From assembly GCA_022784465.1 (NCBI GenBank), contig JALFUR010000010.1, positions 256,856-320,855 of the forward strand: a stretch of 64,000 nucleotides of DNA, in the 5' to 3' direction. A program made the position numbers and the translations under genes. A model generated the notes under the pieces. It made no database searches and had not been told where the DNA came from. It worked only from the letters and a program-made list of their open reading frames with translations. Of the stretch, positions 1 through 15,000 are shown one piece after another. The DNA is from Christensenella sp. (GTDB taxonomy: Bacteria > Bacillota > Clostridia > Christensenellales > UBA3700). Numbering within the stretch: position 1 is the stretch's first letter; every line of letters begins with the position of its first letter.

Positions 1-3000
1 ATTTGTGCATATTCTTGCTTTGTTGCAAAATATCCATCATCTTTATTTCCTTTTATTATCTCTTGTCCTTTTTCACTAATTGTCGCACCTAAAACATCCG
101 CGTTAAAGTTAGCTCCTTTTAATTCATTATTTATTGCTGCAATCAATTGAGTATATTGATCTGTTGTTAACGAATAAGGAATATTTGTAAGTTCGCTAAC
201 CTCTGCAACTTCTACAGTAATTGCGCTTAATTGCTTTCTATATGATTGATTCAAATTAGAATATGTTGCGGTAATTGTTCTTTGAGTAATTTTTCCGCCA
301 TTTGTTGAAACATTATTAGATATAGATGTTTGCTGTGTTTCAGAACCAGAAACTAACAATGTTGTTCCAGTAAATGCATATTCAGAATAAGCCCACTTAT
401 AGTTTGCGTTTATTGTCTTAGCTGCATTTCTATCTAGAGAAACATTGAACATTGTATAAGCATAATATATTCCGCTTTCGCTATATGTTACCTTACCATT
501 ATTTGTTGTATATTTAAATGCTAAATCGTATACATATGCTGTTGTTAAATTAGAAACACTTGTTACACCAGATAATTCATTATAATTCATAATAACATTT
601 TGAGATTTTTCTAATTGATCTAAATACTCATATGTTACCAATTGATTATATTCTCTAGCTAAAGCGCTTATGCTTAATGAAGTAATATTTGTTTTACTTG
701 TTAAAGTAGAATACTTAACTGTATAAATCTTTTTGCCTGTTTCGCTATCTACTCCAGATAAGTAACATATAATAAACTTGTATTCTCCATTAACTAATTG
801 TGCCGCAACTGGACGAGTATATGAATTATATGATACGCTGTATCCTTCTCCAACGGCTGCACTACTATATGCTCCTATTGCATATATATCGTTTACACCA
901 TCTCCTGTTGTGTCAATTGCGGTCTCTGCAATTGTAGTACTATCATATTGCTTTTCTAATGTTGGAGCATTATTAATAGTCTTAGGAGTAATGATAAGCA
1001 TGATTGTAGCGCTACCTGTTCCAGAACTTGAAGATAGAATCTTTGCAGTTCTTGTTGAAGCATCAAATTCTCTACTTGTTGAGCTTACTTCTTTATTTGA
1101 TTCTTCAAAATATTCTGTATATACACCAACTTCTGTTCCTGAAATTGTTAGAACTTTTTCTTCATCGCCAATTGTTGCAGTGAATGATGCAGATATAGTT
1201 GATCCTGTATATTCGTATTCTTGAATAGTATCAACATTACCTGAAATTACCGCTTCAGCAATAATACCAATTGCAGGATTAAATATTGTTACCCAAATTG
1301 TCTTATCACCTTGCTTTGTTGATGTAATAAATGTTATTGTTGAATTCAATTCACATTCAGCTGTATCTGCACTATCTTGAAGTGTTACATCAAGATTAAA
1401 CAAGGCCACTGTTCTATTTAAACTTGTTCCATATGTTAAGTAGTTTGCATCATATGCTTCCCAAATAAATCTATTTAGTGGAGCTATTGTTTCTATAGCA
1501 ACACGATAACTTTCTGCACTGCTATCATATCCATAATAATATGTCTTATTAGCGTCGGTTTCAGTTTCATATACATTATGAAGATATCCATTTGTAGTAT
1601 ACTTGCCTTTTGCTGAGAAGTAGTAATCTATATATCCATTTGTATATGTTTCGCTAAACATAGATAGTTTTGTATTACTATCTCCATATAGTTTTGTAAT
1701 TGTTGCAGTAGCATTTGTATGTGTAGTTAAAATTGCATCAATAGCATAAGCAATTGTACATTGAATATTTGCGCCAATAGCGTTTACGTTTTCTCCAAAT
1801 GTTTTTACGACATATTTGTTTTCTCTAACTGCAATATAATTTATTGTACTTGAAGCAGTTGCACTTGCTGCAATTCCGCTAAATGCAGTAGCTATAGAAG
1901 TAGAATATGTAATAGCTACATTTTCTATTATGTTAGTATTTTCAATTGCAAAACCTGCAAACGATGCAATTGAAGAACCTTCCTCAACTGCAATATCTTT
2001 TGCCATATCTAAAGAACAATTCAATATTTTACCGCTATTTGTTCCTGCAATAACAGCAACTGGAGTCTTAATATCCTTACTAATAATACTTGTGGATACA
2101 AACTTAAAGTTTACATCTTGAATTGTTCCAGCATTTACTGCAACAAAGAATGCACTGTTTGTTTCACCTTGATTTAGTCCGCCATTTAATGTAATAGTGT
2201 AGCCATTTCCATACAATTTTCCGCTAAATGTTGTTCCTATTGTAGAAGCGTTATCAAAACCATAAATATTGTTTGTTAAATATCCTGTTCCGCTTGTTGC
2301 CAAGAAACTCTTAAGCTCATCTGGTGTTGAAATAGCAGTATATGCTTCATTTGATGTATAAACACCGCTAAATTGTCCTTCAGCAAGTTCACTGCTAGAT
2401 ACAGAAATGTTTGAACAATATTTTTCTTCAAGTGTACTTGCACCACTCTTTGAATTATCATACATTACAGCTGCAATTCTATCCGTATATGTTTCTAAAT
2501 CAATATTTTGCGAAGCATCTATAGATATTTCTAATGTATATACACTTTCTTCTTCTGAAATTTGTTGTGCGTATAATACTATATCTTTAATTTGCGAAGC
2601 TGTCATGACTGACCACAATGGTGAATCATTTACATTCAAAACAAAGTATTTAGCAACAGCTGCTTTAATTGCTGCAGCATTTTCTTCACTTAATGCCTTG
2701 GATTCGATAAATGAATTTAGCATTTGTGCTGTGCAAGTTTCATCGACAAACAATTGTAAAGATTTTAAATTCAACAAAGCAAGTTTTATTGCAAAATAGT
2801 TCACATTTGCATTTGTGCTACTATATTGTCTTTCAAGAGCAACTTTTGCTTCGCCAATCTTTATCGTAATTGTACTTGATGAAACAGTATAGTTTCCTAT
2901 TACAGAAGTTTTGTTTTGTGCAGAAGTAACATCAATATCATCTATTGTATAAGTAGCATTTCCGGTATATTCACCAGGAAGCAACTTAATATCGCTTGAA

Positions 3001-6000
3001 GAATAAGACAATACTAGAACTTCGCCTGCTACTCCATTTACTCTTAATCCTTTTGTAGATCCGTCAAACTCTTTTTCAAATGTGCCAGATACTGTCAATG
3101 CTCTTTGCGTAATTGTATATGAAGTTTTTGTTGTTGAACCTGAACTTGCATAAATATTACTTATTTTTCCACTAAACGTATAGTTAGAAGTACTTGCACT
3201 TATTGAAACACTTAAAGTAGGTGTATATGTGCCAGCATTGATGTATCCAGAAGAATTAGCCATCGTTATTCCAGAATTATTAATTCCGCCACTTGATGTA
3301 ATGCTATATGAAGTAAATGAAACTGTATCAGTGCCACTAAGAGCATTAACTACTGCTTTAACATTCGTTAGAGAACCCATACTAATAGAAGATAGGCTAC
3401 TTGTTCCGTCATATACTTTGCTTATATTAGAAAGAACAGCAGATACTTTTGATGAATCTGAAATTGTTTGTTTTCTTATAGTAAAGCTAAATGTACTATT
3501 AGTAAATTCAAAGTTTTGTTGAGAAGACGTCATAGAAATAGTAAACGTATGTGTTCCAGCGTTTGTAACTGTTTTATCCAAACTGAATGTCATTGTTGTT
3601 CCATCAATAGTAACTGATCCATTTGATAATTTTGCCGTTTGTCCATTCCATAACAATGTAGCAATAAAGTTGCTTGTGCCATATGTCTGACCAGCTAAGT
3701 AATCCGTACCATTTGCCACATAGACATCAACTCCTTGTTTTGTGAATCCTAATTTAGATAGAGCACCATCGGAAGTTGTACTACCTGTTACGATATCGAT
3801 TCTACGAGTTGTTACATCTCCTACTCCTGGAATTGTAGTATCAGCTAATCTATAATTATGTTCAGAATTCATGGCATTTGTTAACCAAACGTATTCTATG
3901 CCATCATAAATAAATGGCGTATAGTCAATATATGAACCAGAATTTTCCAAAATTACATCATATAAGTTTGTTCCGTTTGTTGCATCCTTTCCGGACATCT
4001 TTCCAGTAATATAATATGTGGTTACCTCTGCTCCATCGATATTAAATGTTGCCGTAACATTCTTATCTGACGAATCAAATCTATATTTTCCATCATATAC
4101 TTTTGTTACGTTTGTTAATGTAATCAATTTTGGAATAATAACACCTTTTCCTGTGATTGTGCATGTTTCGCCAACAGAAACACCTGCATCACTTAAATTC
4201 AACATGTAATTTGATGCAGTTCCGCCTTGTAATAATCTATATACTGTTGCATCAACAACAGAAGAGCCGTTATTGTATTTATATGTATAAGAAGAGGCCT
4301 TTAACTTGATGTTATTATATGCTCCGCTTGAATAAACTACATCTTTTGATGCATATTCTCCATCAAATGACTTGATTGAAGAATCTGTAGAAATCAAGCC
4401 TGTAATTGATTCAAATGTTCCTAGAGCTGTTGTGCCATCATATTCTTTTACTACATATCCAATTGAAACAGGAGCAGGCACAATATATGCAATATTAGAA
4501 ACTGAATATGATGTAGAGTTTGCATTCTTTATACAATAATTCGTTGCTACACCAGAATCCTTTATTCTATATAGAGAAACAGGAGAACCAGCTGCATCTA
4601 TATAATCAAATTTTTCCAATGATACATTTAGTGAACATTGACCAACTTGATTTGATGAATATTCTCCAGATAACTTATAATTTAATACTTCGCCTTTTTC
4701 AGACGTAACTAAAGTTGAGGAAGCTTGAGTTGTTCCGCTAGATGTATAAGATAAAGTTGTTCCTCCATCATATGTCTTATATGCATTTAATACATTTGCT
4801 CCAGCAGGAGTAATTGTTCCAACATTTGGAGTTTTTGATGATAAATAATAGTTTCCAAATAATGTATTATATTGAGTTCCTTGTATTGTTATTGCTGTAG
4901 TTGTAATATTTACAACGATACCTGTACCAACATTAGCGTTTGCATAAGTTGCCTCAATTCCTGTATTGGTGTCTGCGCCTAATAGTCCTGAAACAACAAA
5001 TGTAGCGTTTGTCGTAGCTGTTGTTTTGTCATATTCTTTTATTACTCTATCTACCTTTATTTCGGCAGGTGTCACATATACTTTTATTGTCTTTGTGCAA
5101 CTAGCTGTTGCCATGTTGCTACCAACATATTTTATTTCTACTTCAACAGAATATCCTTCTTCTTTTACATCCTTAATAGTTATTTCCTTAATCGTGATTG
5201 TCAATTCACCACTAGTTATTAATTTAGATGTGTCTAATACTTGACCATATGAATCGGTAACTTTAATATAATCAGAAAGTTCTGCGCCTAAAGCAATATT
5301 ATATCCTGTATATTTGCGCAACAAATCGGCAAATGTAGCTTCTATAGTTGGAGCGTTTGCTTGATTAATTCTTACCACTCTACCAGCATCCTTGCTACTC
5401 ATGGCAAAACCATTTGTCAAATCTCCGTTATAATAATAGTACTCTTTTGGATTGTCTATAGTTGCTTCCCCAACTTTTTGAGACAATTCATATAGAGTAA
5501 AGTATGCATTTGTTGTTCCAGACTTGTCTTTAACATAATAAGCAGTAACTATCTTCTCAACCCAACCTATATCTCTCTTTTCATATATAGAGTAAGTAAT
5601 ATTTCCTCCCATATTAATTGTTGCTGTTCTATCGCCAACCTCTGGAGAATCATATTTACCATCAATCGTTAGTTTTATGCTTGAATTTGTAGATAAAGAT
5701 ATTCCTCCTTGAGAATTATTGGAAATAGTTGGATTTGCTTCGCTTGCAACATAGGTAAATGTATGATCAATCGTGGCTTCAACTTTAGAACTATTAACAG
5801 AATTCGTTCCATACTCATAATGAATAGCATCACTTCCATCGTAGAATTTCTGAATGCTCGTTACATAAATTGAAATTGGAGCTATAACAATAAAGATTAC
5901 ATATGATTCAACAAGGCCTATGCTATTAGCACCTTTTCCATCAGAAGAGAAGAATTCTGTTCTATAGTCTTTAGAAACATATGCATTTGGATTAATGATG

Positions 6001-9000
6001 TTGCCCTCATTGTCCTTTGCGTATATATCATATTGAACCTTATATGAACCAATCTTCTTTAATTCTTCGCTAGCAGCAGATTCAACATATTCTCCTTTTG
6101 CATTCTTTACATAATAAGTTGTTTTAATGTTTCCATTTGCCTTAGCTGTAGCGAAAATATTGCTTGCTATAGAAGAAGATAATCTTGTTATAGACTGACC
6201 ATTTTGATTATATATTTCAACAGCAACGTTAGATGCGTCTGTTTTTCCATCATACATAACAGCCTTAAGTGGATGATATGTTGTGATATCTTTATCGTAC
6301 TCGTTAGAATAATAGTTTTTATCTGGACTTAATATCGCTGCGTTTCCGGTACAATAATACAATCTCATTCCATCACCTTCTCCTCTTTGGATTTGGTAAT
6401 TGAATTTCTTGTATTCTTTTGCGTTTTCAATTGATGAAGCAAATCTATATACTGGGATTTCTGTCACAGTATTTTTTGATGTCATCAATTTGTTTCCTTC
6501 ACTTGTTGCACCATAAATATTGATTGACCACATTATTGCAGATGTGTCTTCTGATTGAACTTCAAATTCGCACTTAATATCTGAACCAATTGTTTTATCT
6601 GCCCACTTTAAAGCATCTCCAAGAGTTGTTAATTCTGTATATGCACCGCCATCTGAGAAATTAGAAATTCCTTTATAAACATCCGCTGTCGATGATGTTG
6701 TATATTGTTCATAGTCAAATTTAAGGCCTGTTCCTATAACGTTTTCATTTGTCATTTCAAAAACTCTTAATGTCTTTGTTGGAATTTTTGAAGAAGAAGC
6801 TGTGGCAGATTCCAAAATATCACTAAAGCAGATAGCATATTTATTTGTTGAATCAATAATATTGCCACCACCGTAGTTTAAATTTAGAAGATATGTTCTT
6901 GTCGTATAGTAAGCACCACTATTAAATTGCGCTTCCGTTGGATTTTCAACTTTTACATATGAACTTCCATTGTATGTGTAATATGTCATTGAAGAGACAA
7001 ATTTAGCTAATTTTTCTTTTGCTGGATAATATGCACCAGTAGTATTGTTTGTCCCTCCGTTGTTATGAATATAAATTCCTGAGCCCTTGCTTATACCATT
7101 TGTAAAGTCTGTAGTATAATCTTTTCCAAAAGTAGAAATATCAAAAGTATAGTAGAAGTTTGTTGAAGCTCCATCGTCTGTAACACCGATACAAGATCCA
7201 CCATAATATGTTACTGTCATCTTGCTTCTGTTACCACCGACTGTTGAGCCGCCCCATCCAGCGTTATACCATGTTGTATTTAAACAAGCTCCCTTCCAGT
7301 TGAAGATAACGCCATCAATTGTACCGCTTCCAAGACCCTTTGGATTCCATGTTGAACTAGAACTATTACATCCAATAACACCACCTGTAGCAGCGTGGAA
7401 ATCGTTAAATGTACCACTGTCATCTGTACAACCAACAGCACCTAGCAATGAAGAAGCAGATCCTTCAATTTTTAGATTGTACATATATGAATTATGTAGC
7501 ATCATTCCTGCAAATCCACCAACATAGTTAAATATTGATCCTCTTGAACCACCACCATTGGTACTTCCTCTAGAGTTCATTATCAAGATGGAATTGTCTC
7601 CCATTGTAAGTGTACAGTTAGAAATAGTTGATCCCTTTCCAAGTAAACCAGTAAATGCTCCTAATAGGTTAGTTGTATATTTTGAATTGTTTGATGGCCA
7701 TGTTGTCCAGTTTGTTGGAATATCACGTTTATATACATATACTTGCGTGTTATCTTCCATTGTAAGCGTACAATTATCTATTTTACCTGAGCTATAGGCG
7801 CATACAACACCTACAAATATACTTCTTTCCAAATCTGGCGCAGAGTAGTCCGAATTTGCTATAGTTAAAACTGAACCTTCCTTGAACTTGAAGTTTACAT
7901 TTTTTATAATACCTCTATTTACGCCTACAAAACCGCCTGCAAGATATGATTCAACATCAACAGATGGTGTGTGAGCAACATCAGACAACATAACCATTTG
8001 TTGGGCAAAAGTATTTGCAACTATAGTTACACTATATCCTTTTCCATCAAGCGTTTTTTCGCTGTTAAATTCAAAATATTGTGTTGAATTCCAGCCAATA
8101 TTAACATCAATACTTGTTGAATTATATGTATATTTGTTTAAAATCAAATCTACTCCTAATTCTGCTTTTAGTGCAGCATAATAAGAAACAATTGAACCGT
8201 CTGCACACTTATATTTCTCGACAAGCAACAAGTGTGTTGAATCATATGTATATATATCTGAATCTGTATATCCACATTGATTTAAAGCACTTATTGTTGT
8301 AGCATCATTAGAAGCCCATGAAACTCCATATTCTTTAGATCCTTTTATGAACTGCTTTTCTGAAGTAAACACTTTTGCGATTTGAGCCTTATAAGCTTCA
8401 ACAAATCCTGTTTTTACATCTGAAGAAGAGTTTGATGGATTATATTTCATATACTGCATTAATTGGAAAATGTCAGTAATTAAAACTGTAGGGAAATAAT
8501 ACTCAATTTCTATTTGAGTTAAATATCCATTATTGTTAAATACTTCATTTAAGAATGCAGGCTTTAATGTTAATGTTACATATCCTGTATCGCTTGCTTT
8601 AGCAAAAGAAAGATAACTTGTATTGTCTTGTGTGTAAGTCTTAATTATTGTAGATAAAGGCATTTCCTCAATATATGCATAATCTAATCTTGAAATATTT
8701 GCATCATTAGTTTGAATAATTAAATTACCATTTTCATTGCTACCAAATCCTAATGAATAATCTGCATTTACTTCAACTCTTCCACCATATACAAAGCTTG
8801 TGTTGCCTGTTACTACACTATCAACATGACCCATAAAAGGAAGACCTGCACCAATAACATAGCCTTGATATAAACCGTCTTGTCTATATCCACCTTCATT
8901 AAGAAGTTCAGAATATGAAGAATAATCACTAGTTATAAATATGTTTTTATATGCTGGAGACGATGTTGTTTCAGCAGACTTACTAGATGCTTTTGCAAAA

Positions 9001-12000
9001 GCAAGACCTAGCATATATTTTCCTGCAAGTGTATAGAACATATTACCATTAAATTGAATAATCATGTCATGAACTTTATTGGTTGTACCATCAACACAAT
9101 CATGTATAGCATGACCTGCAATCTCAGGTGTAGTTCCTTCTATATTATTAGAAATAGCTATGCCCATTGCAAAGAACATAAACTTGGTATCTTCATAAAG
9201 AATTCTTACCTGCTCTTGAACTATTATAGTATTTCCGTTTTCATCCTTTCCCTCAACATCCTGAGTTCCATATAATTCATATCCCGGATTTGAAACATTG
9301 ATTGTTCCGCTTCCTGAAATCTTTGTATATTGAACAGCACCACCGTCATTTACTCCGACAATACCACCAAATACTACTGCGCCAGTTAAATTATCCTTTA
9401 GTAAATTGCTTGAAGAATCATATGTGATAACATTTCTGTTGAATGAACCATTTATTGTTACTTCTGCATTCTTTAAAGATGATCCAACTCCATTAAGAGC
9501 AACTGCACCACCAATTGTAACATTCTTTGCAAAGCCAGTAATGGTGTAGGTATTTTCCATTTTAATATTAAATCCATCAATTGAACCTCTATTAATTCCT
9601 ACACCAGGAGAAACTAATAAATCACAAGTTGCTTCTTGGCTTTCATATGTAAATACTGTAGGACTATTAAGTTCAACTGAACAGTTGTTAATTATGCCTA
9701 AATTAACTCCACAGAAAGAACCATATGCAACATTTGCTCCATTTCCAATTAAGCCTTTGTAATAATGTTGATTAGCAGAATCTCTTGTCTTTACTTTTAA
9801 GTTATTAATTGTTCCTCTATTTATTGAAATAAAGTCAGATATACCATAAATTCTAACTGAGGTTTCTCCGTTTGTACCTTCATACCACTTAGGATATTCT
9901 CCAACATTTGAAATTAAATTGTTTCCTGCTGCTGAACCACCAGAATCTTCAGTAAGACCGGCTATTTGGTTATCCGTATCTCCTATCCAGTAAGAAATAA
10001 AGTAGTGGCCGCCTCCGTTTAAAGTCTTTCTTGAGGTCATTTCAATTGTTGATGTAACCTTTTTATCATAAACAACATCGCCTTGTAAGTTACCCGTTGT
10101 TGCCCCTGCATATAAAGGCAAATTGCCTCTTCCAGCAACAAAGTTTATAATTGGGCTATCTTTCAATGCGTTTAGGTTATTATAAGAAATATTTTCGCCC
10201 GCAATATTTACAGAATATTGGATGTTAAATACATAATAATAACCAACAGCTGAACTTGCTCTTGATAAACCTGTCAATGTTAATCCTGTATCTCCAACTG
10301 TAGGAGTACATGAAATATTTTGAGAAGCTAGTTGTTCTGGTGCTACATGTGATGTAGTAGATGCCCAATTCAATGTGATTTTAAATCCGGTCATTATATA
10401 ATTAGAACATGTAACTTCTAATCCCGAAGTTAATGCTTCATATCCTTGTCCGTACTCGCTTCCATCTTGTAGAACTATTCTATTTGTAGCCTTGGCCATG
10501 TCGTGTTTTTCTCTATTTAATGTAGCAGATTGATCTTTAGAATAATCCTCTACTACTCCATATAAAGAGTTTTCATATCTTCCGGATACTTGGAAGGCAT
10601 CAACATCTCCAAGACATACTGCTGTAATATGAGCTTTAAATATTCTAGCTACAAGATCGGCATTTGCTTGATTCATAGAAGTAATACACTTACCAAATAC
10701 TAAACCTGAACCTCCACGTACAGAATTCCAGCATTCAACACCGCCTGTTAATGCTACATTTATACCGCTTATAGAATCCTTTTCTGCACCTAATTCTTCT
10801 ACCTTTAATAATGTAAATGAGGCAAGGCCTAAATTGTCAACAAGAGGCATATATCCTACAGCGCCGCCAACATTTGAATATGTAAACAATGTCTTATTTG
10901 TGTGAACAGAGCCCAATCCTTTTACTGTTAATCCTTTTACTATACCACCATTTGTTACGCCTATTGCTCCACCTACTACTCCATAAGAAAGCGCCGTAGT
11001 TTCATAACTTGTACTTGCCACATATATCTTTCCCACGTTACCATGGTTTATAGACGTAACATAAGAAACTTCGTTATTGATTACTGACCCTCTATCATTT
11101 AGCCCGCATAATCCACCAACAAGTCCAAGTGTTGTTCCTGAAGACGAAACTACTTTTGCTCCATAATTACATCCTATACTAACTTTATTATTTCTTAAAA
11201 TTCCTTGATTTATTCCGCATAAAACACCAAATGCTACGTTTGTTCCTGCTTGAATTGTTATGCTTTGATGTCGATTTGAGTTGCCTGCATTATATGTTGG
11301 GTCAACAACGATAGTCATATATTCAATAATGCCTTCGTTTCTTCCAACAACATTTCCAACAGCATTAACATCTATGGTATTTGTTCCGTTTGATACTTGT
11401 GCTAAAGTTCCATAATTTACTGTAGCATCATCTTTCCCCCAAGTATACGTTATTGTATATGATGTGTCTCCATCTTCAAATACTCTTTCTGTAGAGTTGT
11501 AACTAGAAAAATTAAACGAGCGACCTCTTAGTGTCTTTTTATAATTTAAAACTATATTTGTTGCAAGATCATTATTTTTTTGATTACTATCTACAACAAG
11601 ATTTGCACTTAATATTCCGTATCCAGCACAATAAATATAGTTATTATATTCACCTTTAGCGCTTGCTGTTTCAGAGTCTCCCATAAAACTCTTATATTCG
11701 GCTTCATTATTTATTAGTACATATAATCTAACTAATACATCACAAGTTGTAGCAGGATTTTTTGTACTATATATAATTGCGTTTGCATCTTGTGCAGAGA
11801 ATGTAAATTTGCCATTTGAAGATAAACTTGTTTCGTAATCTTTATTATTTATTTTTACAGGTTTTTGAGTTCCGTCTTCAAGTTCAATTGTTGCATCCAT
11901 TCCTTGGTAGCCCGTATATCCTAATGTGTTAGGACCTTTATATCCTACGGTAATTGTATCCCCACTTAACGAAATAGAGTTCAACATTGCAGAACCAACA

Positions 12001-15000
12001 GCTCCATCTCCACAATCCGCAATACCTATTCCTGCAATACCAGAAATGTATACATTGTCTGAGCCATTACCAAGTCCTGTATTTGTACCCATAATACCAG
12101 CGATACCATCAAAGATCTGCTTCTGATAATATGAACCATCTTCTTTTTGAGGAGTATTACTTGTGTACCAAATCAAGTTTCCATATCTATGAACATAAGT
12201 ATATGAATTTGTATCTGAAGCAGGTTGACTTCCGTCTGAGCCATATAAAATTGTGTTATATCTTCCTGCTATATATCCCCAACTTCCCCAGTTGGCACCA
12301 ATTGAAGCAAAGTTGAACGAAGTGCAATCTAATAATTTACCAACTCCAATTGTATCTCCGTTGTGTTTCATTGGATTAGTAGCATCTACTGTTCCTTCTT
12401 CACATCCAACACCAATTAAACCTCCAACATATAATCCGTTATCTGAACCTTTGCTAGATTTAGCATTTAATAATGCCCCTGCCACATTTGTAAATCCACA
12501 ATTACTTATATATCCAGAACTGGTTACTCCTGCTATTCCTCCAACGGCATATGAGTTCATTGCGATGTCATCTGCGCCTGCAATTAATGTGCCCTCATTT
12601 CTAAATGAACAATTTTGTATTACTCCAGAGATATCATCTCCATTGCCCTTATTGTATCCAGCAATTCCGCCTAAATAAGAATTTTTTGAACCAGTTGAAG
12701 CAAATACGCCTTGATTTGTTATAGAGGTATCATGTATTTTTCCTAGATTATATCCAGTAACGCCTCCCATATACTGGGTAGTTGCCCCTGTTTGGAAAGC
12801 ATACTTTTCTATTGTGGTATTAGAGTTCTTTGCTAAAATAACCATGCTCTTAATGGTGTCTTTTTTCGTAATTGAATAATAATTTTTATCCGCAGGAATA
12901 TCCAAGCCAGACTCTCCTTTGTATGGAGAGGTATATGAAGTATTTTGAATTATACCATTTGTATCATTAATTCCTGTATATAATCCAAAATATGCACTTA
13001 ATGCACTTCCTGTCACCAAAGTTGAAGGATATTGCGATTCTTTCTTATATGAAGAAGTTTGTATCCATGAGTTTGTAACAGTATCTGGTGTATTTACATA
13101 AATATATTGCATTGTACCATCATTGGACCCGGCGATTAATCCATAGGATAATTTATAACTTGGATCTCCGTATATTTTTTGCTCTCTTCCTTGATATACT
13201 TCTACTGGCTTAATGGTACCATCTTTCGTTCCAATAATTCCTTTATTTATTCCTACAACATTTCCTATTGAAGTATTCGCATATGGATATCCATTTACAT
13301 ATTGTTTTATATCTTGATATTGTCCTAATTCCGTAGTTGATCTAGGTTGAACATCCATATAAGTGTATAAGAAAATATTTTGCAATGTTCCATAGTTTAC
13401 AGCAAGCAACATTCCAACGCCATAATATTTCTCTCCGTTTACGCTCGCATATCCTCTAAATTCATCATTTGTAAACTTTAAATAATCCGATGTATACCCT
13501 ACAGTTGTTTCTGAATATCCTACATTTTCAATGCCAGCATTGCTTGAATGTTTGTCTGAAGTGTTACCTAGATAGTAATTATAAATACCATGTCCGTTAC
13601 CATCAATTGTCTTATACGAAGGAAGAATTCTACTTCCGTTATATGTTGTATTAAAGGTAATATTTGCAGCCAACTTATATGTTGTTGTTTGAGAATATGT
13701 AGTTCTGTCATAATATCTCGAATAAATAAAGTCGAAAATTGCTACGTTCGATTTAGAACCAGGATCAATAACATTAATGCTCATCGAGTTGAATCTGTCT
13801 TTTGAAGTATTATAATCATTACCTCCCGTTGTAGAGGATACAGGAATAATTAGAATTCTAACAAAAGCAATACCTTCTCTTGGAACCGCGTCTTCACCAT
13901 AGTCATAACCCGTGATACCTTGTACTCCGTCTTGATCTGTAGATGTGTTTCTAGATGCGCCAGTCGTAATATAATTTATTGAGCTTGCATCGCTAGAACT
14001 ACCTAATGAGTAATTGTTTATGTATAAAGAATCTACACCGCTTTTCCATGCATATTTTATTACATATGAAGTTGCACTTGTTACAGAATCGCTTGATGAA
14101 ACATATTGAATGTCTTGAATATATAAATAATTGCTAAATGTAGATGCAACTCTTGCTCCGCTTGTATTGAAAAATGATACTTTTGTAAAATATTTAGAAT
14201 AATCTGATGCAAACGAATCTATTCTAGCATCTTTATTTACGTAGATAAAATCATAATATCTTGGATTTGCAGCTGTAGGATTAGCAACTTTAGTCGCATC
14301 TAATATTGAATCATATAAAGTTTTTGTATCATCAAGCGTAATTAACAATTTAGCTTGTGTTACCATATATGCAACATTATTTAAAGAAGATGCTGTCAAA
14401 TCATTTGTTTCTGCAATACTAAACGAAATAGTATAAGATCCAGAGTTTAAAATTGTTGATACACTAGAAGAATTTAGTTGATTATCTAAAAATGTATTTG
14501 TCATTGCAACATTAACATAATGAATTGCAGAATCGCTTGTTATTATTTTTACTCTTGAACCTTCCATAGCAACAGATCTTATACCTGTTACCAATAGAGG
14601 GTCAATAAATGGATTGATTCTTGTATATGGATTAATTTCAACTCCGTTATATACTTTTTGATTATCTCCTGTCCAGCTTAATTCAATTGTTGTTTGATTG
14701 ATGGTATAAGTATATGTATATATCGCTTTTTTTACATTATTGTTTACAGGATACGTGTATGTAATAATATATGTTCCAGCATCTTGTATTGGTTCTCCTG
14801 CATCTTTTATTGAAGATAAATCAGAGTTTACTGCTGTATATGTCATTGTACAAATTGGCGTATCTAGAGATATTTTTTCAGAAGATTGGGCTTTACCATA
14901 ATAAGAAGACCATGAGAATGTATTAAACAAACTCCATAAAACCGCTTCATCGTCAATTATCTGAGCATATTGATTGTCTGGAACGTTTTGCGCCATAAAA